Shown here in pieces: positions 50,377-58,822 of a stretch of DNA of 64,000 bases. The notes beneath the pieces are model-generated. The model made no database searches. It was not told the DNA's origin and was given only the letters and a program-made list of their open reading frames with translations. A program made the translations under genes and the position numbers. Positions within the stretch are counted from its first letter, which is position 1. The number at the start of each line of letters is the position of its first letter. Source of the stretch: Gemmatimonadales bacterium (GTDB lineage: Bacteria; Gemmatimonadota; Gemmatimonadetes; Gemmatimonadales; GWC2-71-9); assembly GCA_965249575.1 (NCBI GenBank), contig OZ252244.1, positions 1,664,001 to 1,728,000 of the forward strand. The letters run 5' to 3'.

Positions 50377-51798
50377 ATGACCGCAAAGCCCGACACCCTC
50401 ACGCGAATCTGCCTGAGCGCAGGAACGCTGGTCGTTCTGCTCGCGGGCGGTCACGCCAACGCACAGCACCCGCCGGGACTCCAGGGAAGCTCGAACGTCA
50501 CGATCCTCTCGCACATCCCACTCGGCGGGCCATTCAGTGGCGGCGACGTCGAGATCGAGCAGGAGCTGGCTCGTCCGTTCGCTTACATGTCGCGCATGAC
50601 GGACAAAGGGACCGACATGATCGACCTGCGGGAGCCGACGAGGGCGAAGGTGATCTACACCTGGCGTGTCGAGGACGCCGAGCTGCACCAGGGCGCGGGG
50701 GCCATGGACAACAAGTACTTCAAGCTGCGGGGCAGGTATTACGACGTACAATCTCTTCAGTTCGGCCGGAGCGGCCCAAACGCGGATCTCGGGGCGGTGG
50801 TATTCGACGTCACGTCGCTTCCCGACGCGGCCGGCGTGAGTGAGGTGGGCCGCATACGCCTTCCGGAGACCCCTGGGGGGGTCCACAACATCTTCATGTA
50901 CAAGCACTCCGACGGCCGCGCCCTGTTGTTCGCAACCATCGCGGCCCAAATGAGCACTCCACACGGCGCAAACATTTACGACATGGAGAAGTTTCTAGCC
51001 GGTGACCCGGTGCACGGGTTGGTCGGACGGATGCCGCTACCCGAGCCTCGCGGGGCGCCGGGTGGGTACCATGACATGTACGTGGCCTATGATCCCGCGA
51101 CGCGACAAGACCGGTTCTATGGCGGAGGCCCCGAGGTCACTATGAAGGGTGGCTACTACGTCTACGACATCACCCATATCGACGAGCCGCGCTTGATCAC
51201 GTCGGTGGTCGGCGCGGCGGGCCAGACAGGGGCCCACACGTTCGTCGCCACTCCCGACGGACGGTACGCGCTCACCGCCTCGCCGGTCGAAGAGTCTCCG
51301 ATCCGAGTGTTCGACTTGAAGCCCGGGCTCGATGGCGAGGTAACGAACATCACGAGGCCCATCGGCGCTTGGGCCGCCGATTGGAAGAACCTCTCCCACA
51401 ACGCCGAGATTCGCTGGCCGTACGTGTTCTTCTCGTCGTATGAAGACGGTTTCCAGGTCATCAACATGATGGATCCCACGAACCCGTACACCGTGGGCTA
51501 CTACGACACGTTCGACGGTCCCCATCGGATCCAGGGCTGGGGCGCGGGCCGGAACTCCCGAGGGACCAATGTCGGCACGGTGTTCAACGGCGGGTTCGGC
51601 GTCGACGTGCGAAACGCGGACGGTCTCATCGTAGTCGGTGACATGCGCACGGGCTTTTGGGCGCTCAAGCTCGACGGGTTCGACGGGTGGAATGGTCATT
51701 CGTGGGGAATGCCGAACGTCTCGAGCGCGCAGGACTGGGACAACGGACCGACGGGCGCGCGGGGGCGGGCGAGGGTGAGCATGGGGTCGGACAGCTGA
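50377..51798 (+). CDS. Secreted LVIVD-like beta-propeller protein, paralogue 3
   Basis: GGAG RBS; signal peptide ANA-Q; same motif series as paralogues 1 and 2. Confidence 0.9.
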   Translation: MTAKPDTLTRICLSAGTLVVLLAGGHANAQHPPGLQGSSNVTILSHIPLGGPFSGGDVEIEQELARPFAYMSRMTDKGTDMIDLREPTRAKVIYTWRVEDAELHQGAGAMDNKYFKLRGRYYDVQSLQFGRSGPNADLGAVVFDVTSLPDAAGVSEVGRIRLPETPGGVHNIFMYKHSDGRALLFATIAAQMSTPHGANIYDMEKFLAGDPVHGLVGRMPLPEPRGAPGGYHDMYVAYDPATRQDRFYGGGPEVTMKGGYYVYDITHIDEPRLITSVVGAAGQTGAHTFVATPDGRYALTASPVEESPIRVFDLKPGLDGEVTNITRPIGAWAADWKNLSHNAEIRWPYVFFSSYEDGFQVINMMDPTNPYTVGYYDTFDGPHRIQGWGAGRNSRGTNVGTVFNGGFGVDVRNADGLIVVGDMRTGFWALKLDGFDGWNGHSWGMPNVSSAQDWDNGPTGARGRARVSMGSDS

Positions 51799-51801
51799 GG
51801 G

Positions 51802-53631
51802 CTAGGGGGAGCCCAACCCACCATCGAAGAACCTCGGGCCGGTCGGCCTGCTGTCGAGGTCTCCCGCGCGCGCTTGTTTTTCGAGCAGCGTTCCCGCCAC
51901 CGCGGCTTCTACCGGCCTGCCAAACAAGAACCCTTGCGCGCGGTCGCAGCCCAGGGCCCTGAGCCTTTCCTTTTGCTGCTCGGTCTCGACGCCCTCGGCC
52001 ACCACGATTACCTCCATGCCGCGCGCGAGGGCGATGATCATGTCAACGATCGCCCAGGCATCCTCGACGTCGGCACCGGACACGAAGGCGCGATCGATCT
52101 TGAGCGTATCCACTTGGAACCGTCGCAGATAGCTGAGCGACGAGTACCCGGTGCCGAAGTCGTCGATGGCGACCCCGATGCCCGCGTCGCGGAGGGCACG
52201 CACCACGCCGACCTGCGTGTCAGCATCTTCCATGAGCAGCGTCTCGGTTATCTCGACCTTCAATGCGGACGGTGGAAGCCCGGACTGCTTGAGCGCGTCG
52301 AGGACTTCGTCAACGACGTCCTCACGCCGTAGATGCCGGGCCGACATGTTCACATTGACGCACAGATCCGGAATGCCCGCATAGCGTTCGCGCCACGCCA
52401 CCATGGTCGCGCACGCCATTCGCATTACTTCCCGCCCGATGGGCACGATCAGGCCCGTTTCTTCGGCGACGGGGATGAACTCGTTGGGACCAACGATCCC
52501 GCGCTCCGAGTGATTCCACCGCACCAGCGCCTCGAAGCCGCAAATCGCCTCGGTTGGGAGATCCACGATCGGCTGGTAGAGCACGCGGAATTCCGATCGG
52601 TCGACCGCCAGGCGGAGGTCCGTCTCGAGCCGCAGTCGCTGTGTCGCGCGCTGGTGAACCGCCTGATCGAAGATCGCGTAGTTCCCCTCACGCTGCGCCC
52701 GCGCCCGGTTCATCGCGGCCGCGGCGTCGGCCACGTACTGCTCGGCGGACGAGTATCGCGCATCGCTCAGGACGATTCCGATGCTGGGGTTCACGTAGAG
52801 CGAGCGACCCGCCACCTCGAAGGCCGCTTCGAACTCCTTGAGGATACGCTGAGCGACCTGCGCGCTTCCCCGCTCGCCTTCCAGATCGTCCAACAACAGG
52901 GCGAATTCGTCGCCCGCGATACGCGCCACTACGTCGCTCGGGCGTACGCAGGCAACCAACCGGTCAGCCACTCCAACGAGGAGCCGGTCCCCCACCTCGT
53001 GGCCCAGGCTCTCGTTGATGAGATTGAAGCGATCGAGATCGACGTAGAGGACCGCGAACTGCCGATTCGTATGCCGTTTCCGGCGCTCCACGACCCGCTG
53101 TACGAGCTGGAGGAAGAACCCGCGGCTCGCCAGGCCCGTGAGCGAATCCCGCAGCGCCTCCCGCTCCTCTTGCTCCTGCTGCTGTTTTTGATCGCTGATG
53201 TTCTCGCAGATCGTGATCAAGCCCTGCATGGCCCCCGCATCGTCGTAGAGCACGTTGGACGTGAGGTGCACCGGGAAGGTCTCGCCGTTCTTCCGCTTGT
53301 TGAGGGTCTCCCGCCGCCACATCTGCCGGTCGGAGAGGTCAGATGCGGCCAACGTCCGGCGCGCGCTCGGAGCCCCCAGCACGTGTGAGGGCTGCCCCAC
53401 AAGCTCGCCCGCGCCGTATCCGTGCATCCCCTCGAGGGCAGGATTGGCGTAGGCAATTCCACCCGACGAATCGCTGATCGTCACGCCGAACTGCATGCGG
53501 TCGAGGGCCTGCCTTACCAGGCCCTCCGGCACCGGCGGCCCTCGGCGTGCTGTCCGCAGGCGGACCGCGAGTAGCGCTCCGATGAGAGTGCCCAGGGCGA
53601 AGAGCGCGATGGCGAGGAGAGCTGTGGTCAA
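51802..53631 (-). CDS. Membrane-anchored PAS-GGDEF-EAL c-di-GMP enzyme
   Basis: N-terminal TM; PAS; DSLTGL, AGDEF; YQPIV, EALVRW, EITE, DDFGTGYSS, KID, EGVE. Confidence 0.95.
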   Translation of the reverse strand: MTTALLAIALFALGTLIGALLAVRLRTARRGPPVPEGLVRQALDRMQFGVTISDSSGGIAYANPALEGMHGYGAGELVGQPSHVLGAPSARRTLAASDLSDRQMWRRETLNKRKNGETFPVHLTSNVLYDDAGAMQGLITICENISDQKQQQEQEEREALRDSLTGLASRGFFLQLVQRVVERRKRHTNRQFAVLYVDLDRFNLINESLGHEVGDRLLVGVADRLVACVRPSDVVARIAGDEFALLLDDLEGERGSAQVAQRILKEFEAAFEVAGRSLYVNPSIGIVLSDARYSSAEQYVADAAAAMNRARAQREGNYAIFDQAVHQRATQRLRLETDLRLAVDRSEFRVLYQPIVDLPTEAICGFEALVRWNHSERGIVGPNEFIPVAEETGLIVPIGREVMRMACATMVAWRERYAGIPDLCVNVNMSARHLRREDVVDEVLDALKQSGLPPSALKVEITETLLMEDADTQVGVVRALRDAGIGVAIDDFGTGYSSLSYLRRFQVDTLKIDRAFVSGADVEDAWAIVDMIIALARGMEVIVVAEGVETEQQKERLRALGCDRAQGFLFGRPVEAAVAGTLLEKQARAGDLDSRPTGPRFFDGGLGSP

Positions 53632-53790
53632 GGCATCGCTTCTGGTCGGGAATCGGGGAGCCGCGGGAAGGTCGCCGGTCTTTCCAAATCAATGTCTGAC
53701 AACCGCTTGGGTTTGACTATCGGAGGCTGCCTGGGTAACCTCCATGAGACATGATATCGGTCGAAGTATCGGCGTCGAGCGAGCGATATG

Positions 53791-53827
53791 GCGGAACGAG
53801 GCCCAAGTGCCCGTCCCGCTTTTTTTT
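53791..53827 (+). terminator. Terminator-like hairpin within a divergent intergenic region
   Basis: GCGGAACGAGGC/GCCCGTCCCGC imperfect stem plus 8 T. Confidence 0.55.
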
Positions 53828-54066
53828 CTGCCAGGACATCGCGCAGCCGGATTCGCATACCTCGATCAAACACGGTCCGATTGGTCACGCAACGGCCAGT
53901 TGACGTGATGAGTCCGACCCGGCAACCCGGACAGTCGCTGCGACACCCCGGATTTGACACCAACGGCCTCCTCTCCGCTTCTGAACGAAACTAGATGGGC
54001 AATTGCGGGGACGCCACTGGGAAGCGGGGGGGATTGCGGCGCCCCGATTATTAAGGAGAAACCCGC

Positions 54067-54762
54067 TTGAAACCGCCTGCTCGATCGAAGAAGCCCGTCA
54101 GGGTAGGAGAACTCATCCGCAAGCGCTTGCGCGAAACGAATCGCACGCCAACGGAGCTGGCTGAGGCGGCCCACGTTCCCACCGCGTACATCGCCGACCT
54201 GATCGCGGGACGCAGGCGCCCTCCCCTCCCCGGCCGGACTGACGTCTACGACAGGATGACCGCCTTCCTCAAGCTAGGGCGGACGGAGCTGGCGGCTTGC
54301 GCCCAGGCGGAACGTGATGCCGCGAACTCGGCGGAAGCCCTGATCCCCAAACCCGAGGTGGGACGCCAACTGCTTGCGCTCTGCGACCCCAATACGGCGC
54401 GGGAGCTCGAGGAGCGGGGGGCGGCGCGGGGGGACGCGGAAATGGCAGACCTAATCCAGCGTCTGCTCGACGTTACACAGGGAGCTGTCCGACGGGTCCT
54501 GGACGACCAAGTCGGGCTCCGCATCGCGGCGGAACGGCGCGGCAGCACGTACGTGGCGATGCGCCTGCGCGTACTAGATTTCCTCGACGCCACGCCCGAC
54601 ACGCTCACGCTCGAGGACCTCGCCGAGTTCTTCAACCCACGGGTCACCCTGTGGGACGTCGACTTCCAGACCGGCGTGCTCCGAGTCGTGCTGCGGGGGC
54701 AGGAGCCGAAAGACAGCTATCGTAGGCGGCCGTCAGTGGGAGGTCGGGGGAGTAGGGCGTAG
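54067..54762 (+). CDS. XRE/Cro-like HTH protein with unknown C-terminal domain
   Basis: AAGGAG RBS plus TTG; GELIRKRL...TELAEAAHVPTAYIADLIAGRRRPP HTH pattern. Confidence 0.8.
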   Translation: MKPPARSKKPVRVGELIRKRLRETNRTPTELAEAAHVPTAYIADLIAGRRRPPLPGRTDVYDRMTAFLKLGRTELAACAQAERDAANSAEALIPKPEVGRQLLALCDPNTARELEERGAARGDAEMADLIQRLLDVTQGAVRRVLDDQVGLRIAAERRGSTYVAMRLRVLDFLDATPDTLTLEDLAEFFNPRVTLWDVDFQTGVLRVVLRGQEPKDSYRRRPSVGGRGSRA

Positions 54763-54879
54763 GGAGGGCGATCGGCCAGTGGCGGTTTAGGACGGGGTAG
54801 GGGCTCGCAGACCTCGGACCCAACGGCTAGTTTCTCCTGCCCTCGCCGGTTGCCTATTCATCCACATTAGGAGGCGCAG

Positions 54880-55344
54880 ATGCTCGGGCGCTCTGCAAAA
54901 CTCATGTTAGCGCCGTTGGTCGTCAGTCTCACCGCCTGCCAGGCCGGTGGCGGGGCGCTCTCGGACGCCGACCGCGAGGGCATTCGCACCGCGAGCGCGG
55001 CGTGGGAAGAGCACGCCGGGATGAATCACTGGGGGATCGTGGCCGCCCTCTACACGGACGACGCGACCTTCTTGCCGCCCAACACCACCGCGGTCACGGG
55101 ACGCGCCGCCGTCGAGGAGGCCTTGGGATCGTTTCCGCCGGTCACCCTGATCGATCTGCGGATTCGGGACCTGGACGGTCATGGTGACGTCGCCTACGCG
55201 CGCGGAACCTATGAGATGACTATGGACGTAGCCGGGACGCCGGTCGACGATCGGGGCAAATATATCGAGATCTGGCGGCGCCAGGACGATGGGACCTGGC
55301 AGATAGCGGCGGACATCTTCAACTCTGGCTTGCCGGCGCAGTAG
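54880..55344 (+). CDS. SnoaL/NTF2-like (DUF4440) lipoprotein
   Basis: AGGAGG RBS; LTAC lipobox; LYTDDATFLPP, GKYIEIWRRQDDGTWQI..DIFN. Confidence 0.9.
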   Translation: MLGRSAKLMLAPLVVSLTACQAGGGALSDADREGIRTASAAWEEHAGMNHWGIVAALYTDDATFLPPNTTAVTGRAAVEEALGSFPPVTLIDLRIRDLDGHGDVAYARGTYEMTMDVAGTPVDDRGKYIEIWRRQDDGTWQIAADIFNSGLPAQ

Positions 55345-55367
55345 CACCGCGCCCGCCCCCCCCCGCG

Positions 55368-55415
55368 GTGAGCAGGACCCCACAGAGTAGGAGTGAGGAG
55401 GCCGCGCCACCCGAC
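55368..55415. repeat. Degenerate intergenic repeat copy
   Basis: GTGAGCAG...GAGTAGGAGTGAGGAGGCC...CCACCCGAC. Confidence 0.6.
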
Positions 55416-55706
55416 ACCTAGACCGACGGAGGGGTGGCGTTGTCTCTTGATTCGGGGGCGCGCACAGTGACCGGGAGCGCGACGAGGCTCGACGCGAGCG
55501 CGAGAGCCGCGAGCGCGTAGTCGAACAGGCGGTAGTCGGGCTTGCGGCGGATCTCCCCCGAGCAGATTGGCTCATTCAGCCTCGTCGCCGCCGCGATGGG
55601 CGTCGAGCCGGCGCCGCCTCCGGTGATCCCTCTTACCTACGCCCTCGCTCAGGAACAAATTGCTCCGCCGCAGCCGCTCCCACTCGCCACCTCGATAGGG
55701 GCAACC

Positions 55707-57165
55707 ATGCGCGTTATGACACCTCTTTCGCTACTCGCCGTCGGCACAACGACGCTCGCCGCTCAAGCACCCGACTTCACCGACGAGGTACGCCAGTACG
55801 TCTCGGTCGACGCTCCGGCGGTCGCCCTCACGCACGTCAAGGTGATCGACGGCATGGGATCACCCGCGGCGGCCGACCAGGTGGTGTTGATCGAGGGCGG
55901 GAGGATCCGAGCGGTGGGGCCGGTGGGTTCGGTCACAATTCCGGCGGGCGCGGAGGTTCTCGATCTGACCGGACACAGCGTGATCCCCGGTCTCGTGGGT
56001 ATGCACGACCACACATTCTATTACACGTACGTCTACACGTACGTCACGCAACGCGGCATTCAGAGTAATTACAGCGCGCCGTTACTCTACCTTGGAAGCG
56101 GCGTGACGACGATCCGCACCACCGGCAGCCAGTCACCCTACGCGGAGATCAACCTGCGGGACGCCATCGAGCGGGGCGAGTTCCCGGGACCCCGCATCTA
56201 CGTTACCGGTCCCTACATAATCGGTCCGTCGCGCAATCCCAGGCTCGAAAAGATGGGGGCACTACGCGCAAAGACGCCGGAAGACGCGCGCCGGGCGGTC
56301 GCCTACTGGGCGGTCGCCTACTGGGCGGAGGAAGGGGCGACCTGGATCAAGGCTTACAACACAATCAGCCGCGCCCAGCTCGGGGCCGTGATCGACGAGG
56401 CCCACGAGCACGGCATCAAGGTGACCGCCCATCTCTGCTCGGTGGGATACCGCGAAGCCGTGGCCCTGGGTATCGACCATTTGGAGCACGGATTGTTCGC
56501 CAATGCGGAGTACGACCCCGAAAAGAAGCCCGACGAGTGCCCAACCCACCTACTACCGAGCGATGTTGGACCTCAACATGGGGAGCGAGCGCGTGCAGGC
56601 CACCTTCCGGGACATGGTGGCCAATAACGTCGGCAGGACCTCGACGCTCGCGGTCTACGAGTGCCTGGTTCCCGGCCGACCGACGTGGAACGAGCGAACA
56701 CTCGCGACGCTATCGCCGCAGGCTTTCCGAGAAGACTCTACCCGCAACGCCGAAGTGAAAGCCTCGGCAGGCGAGTCGATCTGGCCGGCCGTGCGCCAGA
56801 AAGCGATGGAACATGAGGTCGCTTTCGTAAAGGCCGGCGGCCTGCTGACCGCCGGTGTGGACCCCGCCTGGTGCACGCCCGCCGGCCTTGGCGATCAACG
56901 GCAGTTCGAGCTCTTGGCCGAGGCCGGGTTCACCCTCGCGCAGACCGTGCAGATCGCCTCCGCCAACGGCGCCAAGGTCCTCGGTGACTTCGACCGCTTC
57001 GGTAGTCTCACTCCCGGAAAGCTCGCGGACCTGGTCGTCGTGCGAGGCGACCTGGAGGCAAGCGCAACGAACATCCGGAACGTGAGGCTAGTGTTCAAGG
57101 AAGGGATGGGCTACGACTCGGCGAAGCTGCTCGAAGCAGCGAAGGGAGAGGTCGGGGTACGCTAA
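55707..57165 (+). CDS. Secreted metal-dependent amidohydrolase with two in-frame tandem duplications and a frameshift near 56545
   Basis: PGLVGMHDH, GVTTIRT, WIKAY, TAHLCS, LEHG in frame 1; AGVD, ASANGA..LG...GSL.PGKLADLVV in frame 2. Confidence 0.88.
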
Positions 57166-57184
57166 TCCCTACACAGCCAGCGGC

Positions 57185-57697
57185 CTACCTGACCTCGAAA
57201 GCATGTCTCTGGGCCACGCGGACCCGTGAGCGAGTTGCGACACGCTTTCCCTTCCGCGGCTTGCGGGGTGAAAGATACGCGCTGACATAACGGTTAGTTC
57301 CGTTGAGCACCGCGATCACGCCCCCTCGCGCCGGCTTCTTGGGGTCGATGATCCCGAAACCGACCAGGTTGATCTTGCGCTTCTCGCTACGCACGGAGAT
57401 GGCGACGACCACCGCGTGATCGTGGAACACCTTCACCTTCTTAATATCCACTACCTGAAAGGCGTCAGGGCCCACATCGATCGCCTCGCCGAGGGCGGCG
57501 GCCGTCGCCGACGCAGCCGACAAGCGTACGCCCCCCGCGGACGCGGTGCCCGGGCACTTGCACACGATTCGTCGGCCCTGCTCCCGCTCCAGGGTGACCG
57601 TCGCGGTACAACGCTGCGACGAGTAGTCTAGTTTCAGGCTGATGAACTTGAGGCGCCGCTCCGGCGCGCCCACACGCAGTGGAAACTGGTCAGCCAT
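57185..57697 (-). CDS. Hypothetical alpha/beta protein with basic tail
   Basis: GGAG RBS; pattern ATVTL...AASATAAAL...VVVAI..LVG...AVLNGTNR resembling a duplicated beta-beta-beta-alpha fold. Confidence 0.7.
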   Translation of the reverse strand: MADQFPLRVGAPERRLKFISLKLDYSSQRCTATVTLEREQGRRIVCKCPGTASAGGVRLSAASATAAALGEAIDVGPDAFQVVDIKKVKVFHDHAVVVAISVRSEKRKINLVGFGIIDPKKPARGGVIAVLNGTNRYVSAYLSPRKPRKGKRVATRSRVRVAQRHAFEVR

Positions 57698-57815
57698 CGC
57701 TCTCTCCAGGAAAATCAATTGCTCGGTTAGATGCGCGGTCGGCCGCCCGCCAGTTGTCCCCAATCCACCTTATCGGCAGCAGGGATGGGTAACTCAAATG
57801 CGGGCCACTCCCCCA

Positions 57816-57923
57816 CCCCGCAGCCCACCCGACCCAGTAAGGAGGCCACCCTCCCCCACTAACTGAGGGTGGGCGGGACGGCCCGGCCTGCTCACTCCCT
57901 CCTCGGTGGGGTCGGGAGGGGTG
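57816..57923. repeat. Palindromic intergenic repeat copy
   Basis: CCCCGCAGCCCACCCGACCCA (57816-57836, identical to 62417-62437), CAGTAAGGAGG, CTGCTCACTCC, GGGGTCGGGA. Confidence 0.75.
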
Positions 57924-58051
57924 TCGACTGCTTGCCGGTGGGGCAGTCTGGGTGGTGGTACAGTTTCCAGCGCTCGTGCCGATAAGTCGTTGTAGGTGCA
58001 TAAGATCGTCGGACCCCATCCGCGGGTTCGCCCTCTGAGGGAGGAGGAGGC

Positions 58052-58822
58052 GTGAGACCTGTCGCGAGTTCGCGAGAAGCCCCGTCACTGACGACTCGCA
58101 GCCGGCTTGCCACCGTGTGGCTACCAGTGGCGTTGCTCGTGCTCGCCGTAGCGAGTGCGTCGGGCCAACAGGGAGGAACGAGCGGGGCAGCCGGCCGCAT
58201 CGAGGGCACTGCGGTGCTCGGACCCAACCTGTCGATCCGCAAGATGCGGTTTCGACTCTATTCCGATTTCGGCCCCCAGGTATCTCGTTCGCGCGACATC
58301 TTTGATGCGAACGAGCTTCAAAACGTGGTCATTTACGTCGATTCGATTTCCGACCATACCGCGGCACCGTACCGCATAGGCGACCTAGCTGTCAGGCAGG
58401 CCGACCAGCGCTTCGCGCCACACGTACTGGCTGTGGTCAAGGGATCGACCGTCGGGTTCCCGAACGACGATCCGATTTTCCACAACGTGTTCTCTTTGTC
58501 CAAGACCCAGGCATTCGATTTGGGGCGGTATCCGAGGGGGGAGTCAAAGTCCGTCCGGTTCGACCGAGCGGGGATCGTCCAAGCATTCTGCCACATCCAC
58601 GCCGATATGAGCGCGATCATACTCGTGCTCGACAACCCCTACTTCACTAAGCCAGACCGGCTGGGACGGTATTCGCTCGACGGCCTGCCACCCGGCACCT
58701 ACCGGCTCGTGGCTTGGCACGAACGCATACAGCCCGTTGTCCGAGAGGTCGCTGTCCAGGCGAGCCGCACGACTCGGATCGATTTCAGCATTCCCTTACC
58801 CGACGGGTTAGAGGCGCCGTGA
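58052..58822 (+). CDS. Periplasmic cupredoxin-like protein nested in a carboxypeptidase-regulatory-like beta-sandwich
   Basis: Signal peptide; F.PHVL.V..GSTV.FPN.D...HNVFS...FDLG.Y...FCHIHADM; GLPPGTYRLVAWHE. Confidence 0.88.
   Translation: MRPVASSREAPSLTTRSRLATVWLPVALLVLAVASASGQQGGTSGAAGRIEGTAVLGPNLSIRKMRFRLYSDFGPQVSRSRDIFDANELQNVVIYVDSISDHTAAPYRIGDLAVRQADQRFAPHVLAVVKGSTVGFPNDDPIFHNVFSLSKTQAFDLGRYPRGESKSVRFDRAGIVQAFCHIHADMSAIILVLDNPYFTKPDRLGRYSLDGLPPGTYRLVAWHERIQPVVREVAVQASRTTRIDFSIPLPDGLEAP

Noticed and set aside
48580..50964. 794-aa ORF and other long antisense ORFs (e.g. 9219..10850, 21599..23437, 32353..33675)
   Set aside because: Shadow frames of real genes in high-GC DNA; the true peptidase starts at 50169
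53881..53900. GGTCACGCA resembling the start of a c-di-GMP-I riboswitch
   Set aside because: No GNRA tetraloop/receptor or GCAAA core follows
55418..55640. Minus-strand frame reading ...KPDYRLFDYALAALALASSLVALP...
   Set aside because: Looks protein-like but has no start codon or recognisable family; cannot be supported beyond a possible remnant
4717..57165. Programmed frameshifting or phase variation in the split genes (6046, 16145, 31578, 37205, 37714, 40688, 43256, 56545)
   Set aside because: No shared slippery motif or long repeat tract; small indels in unrelated enzymes fit sequencing error or decay better
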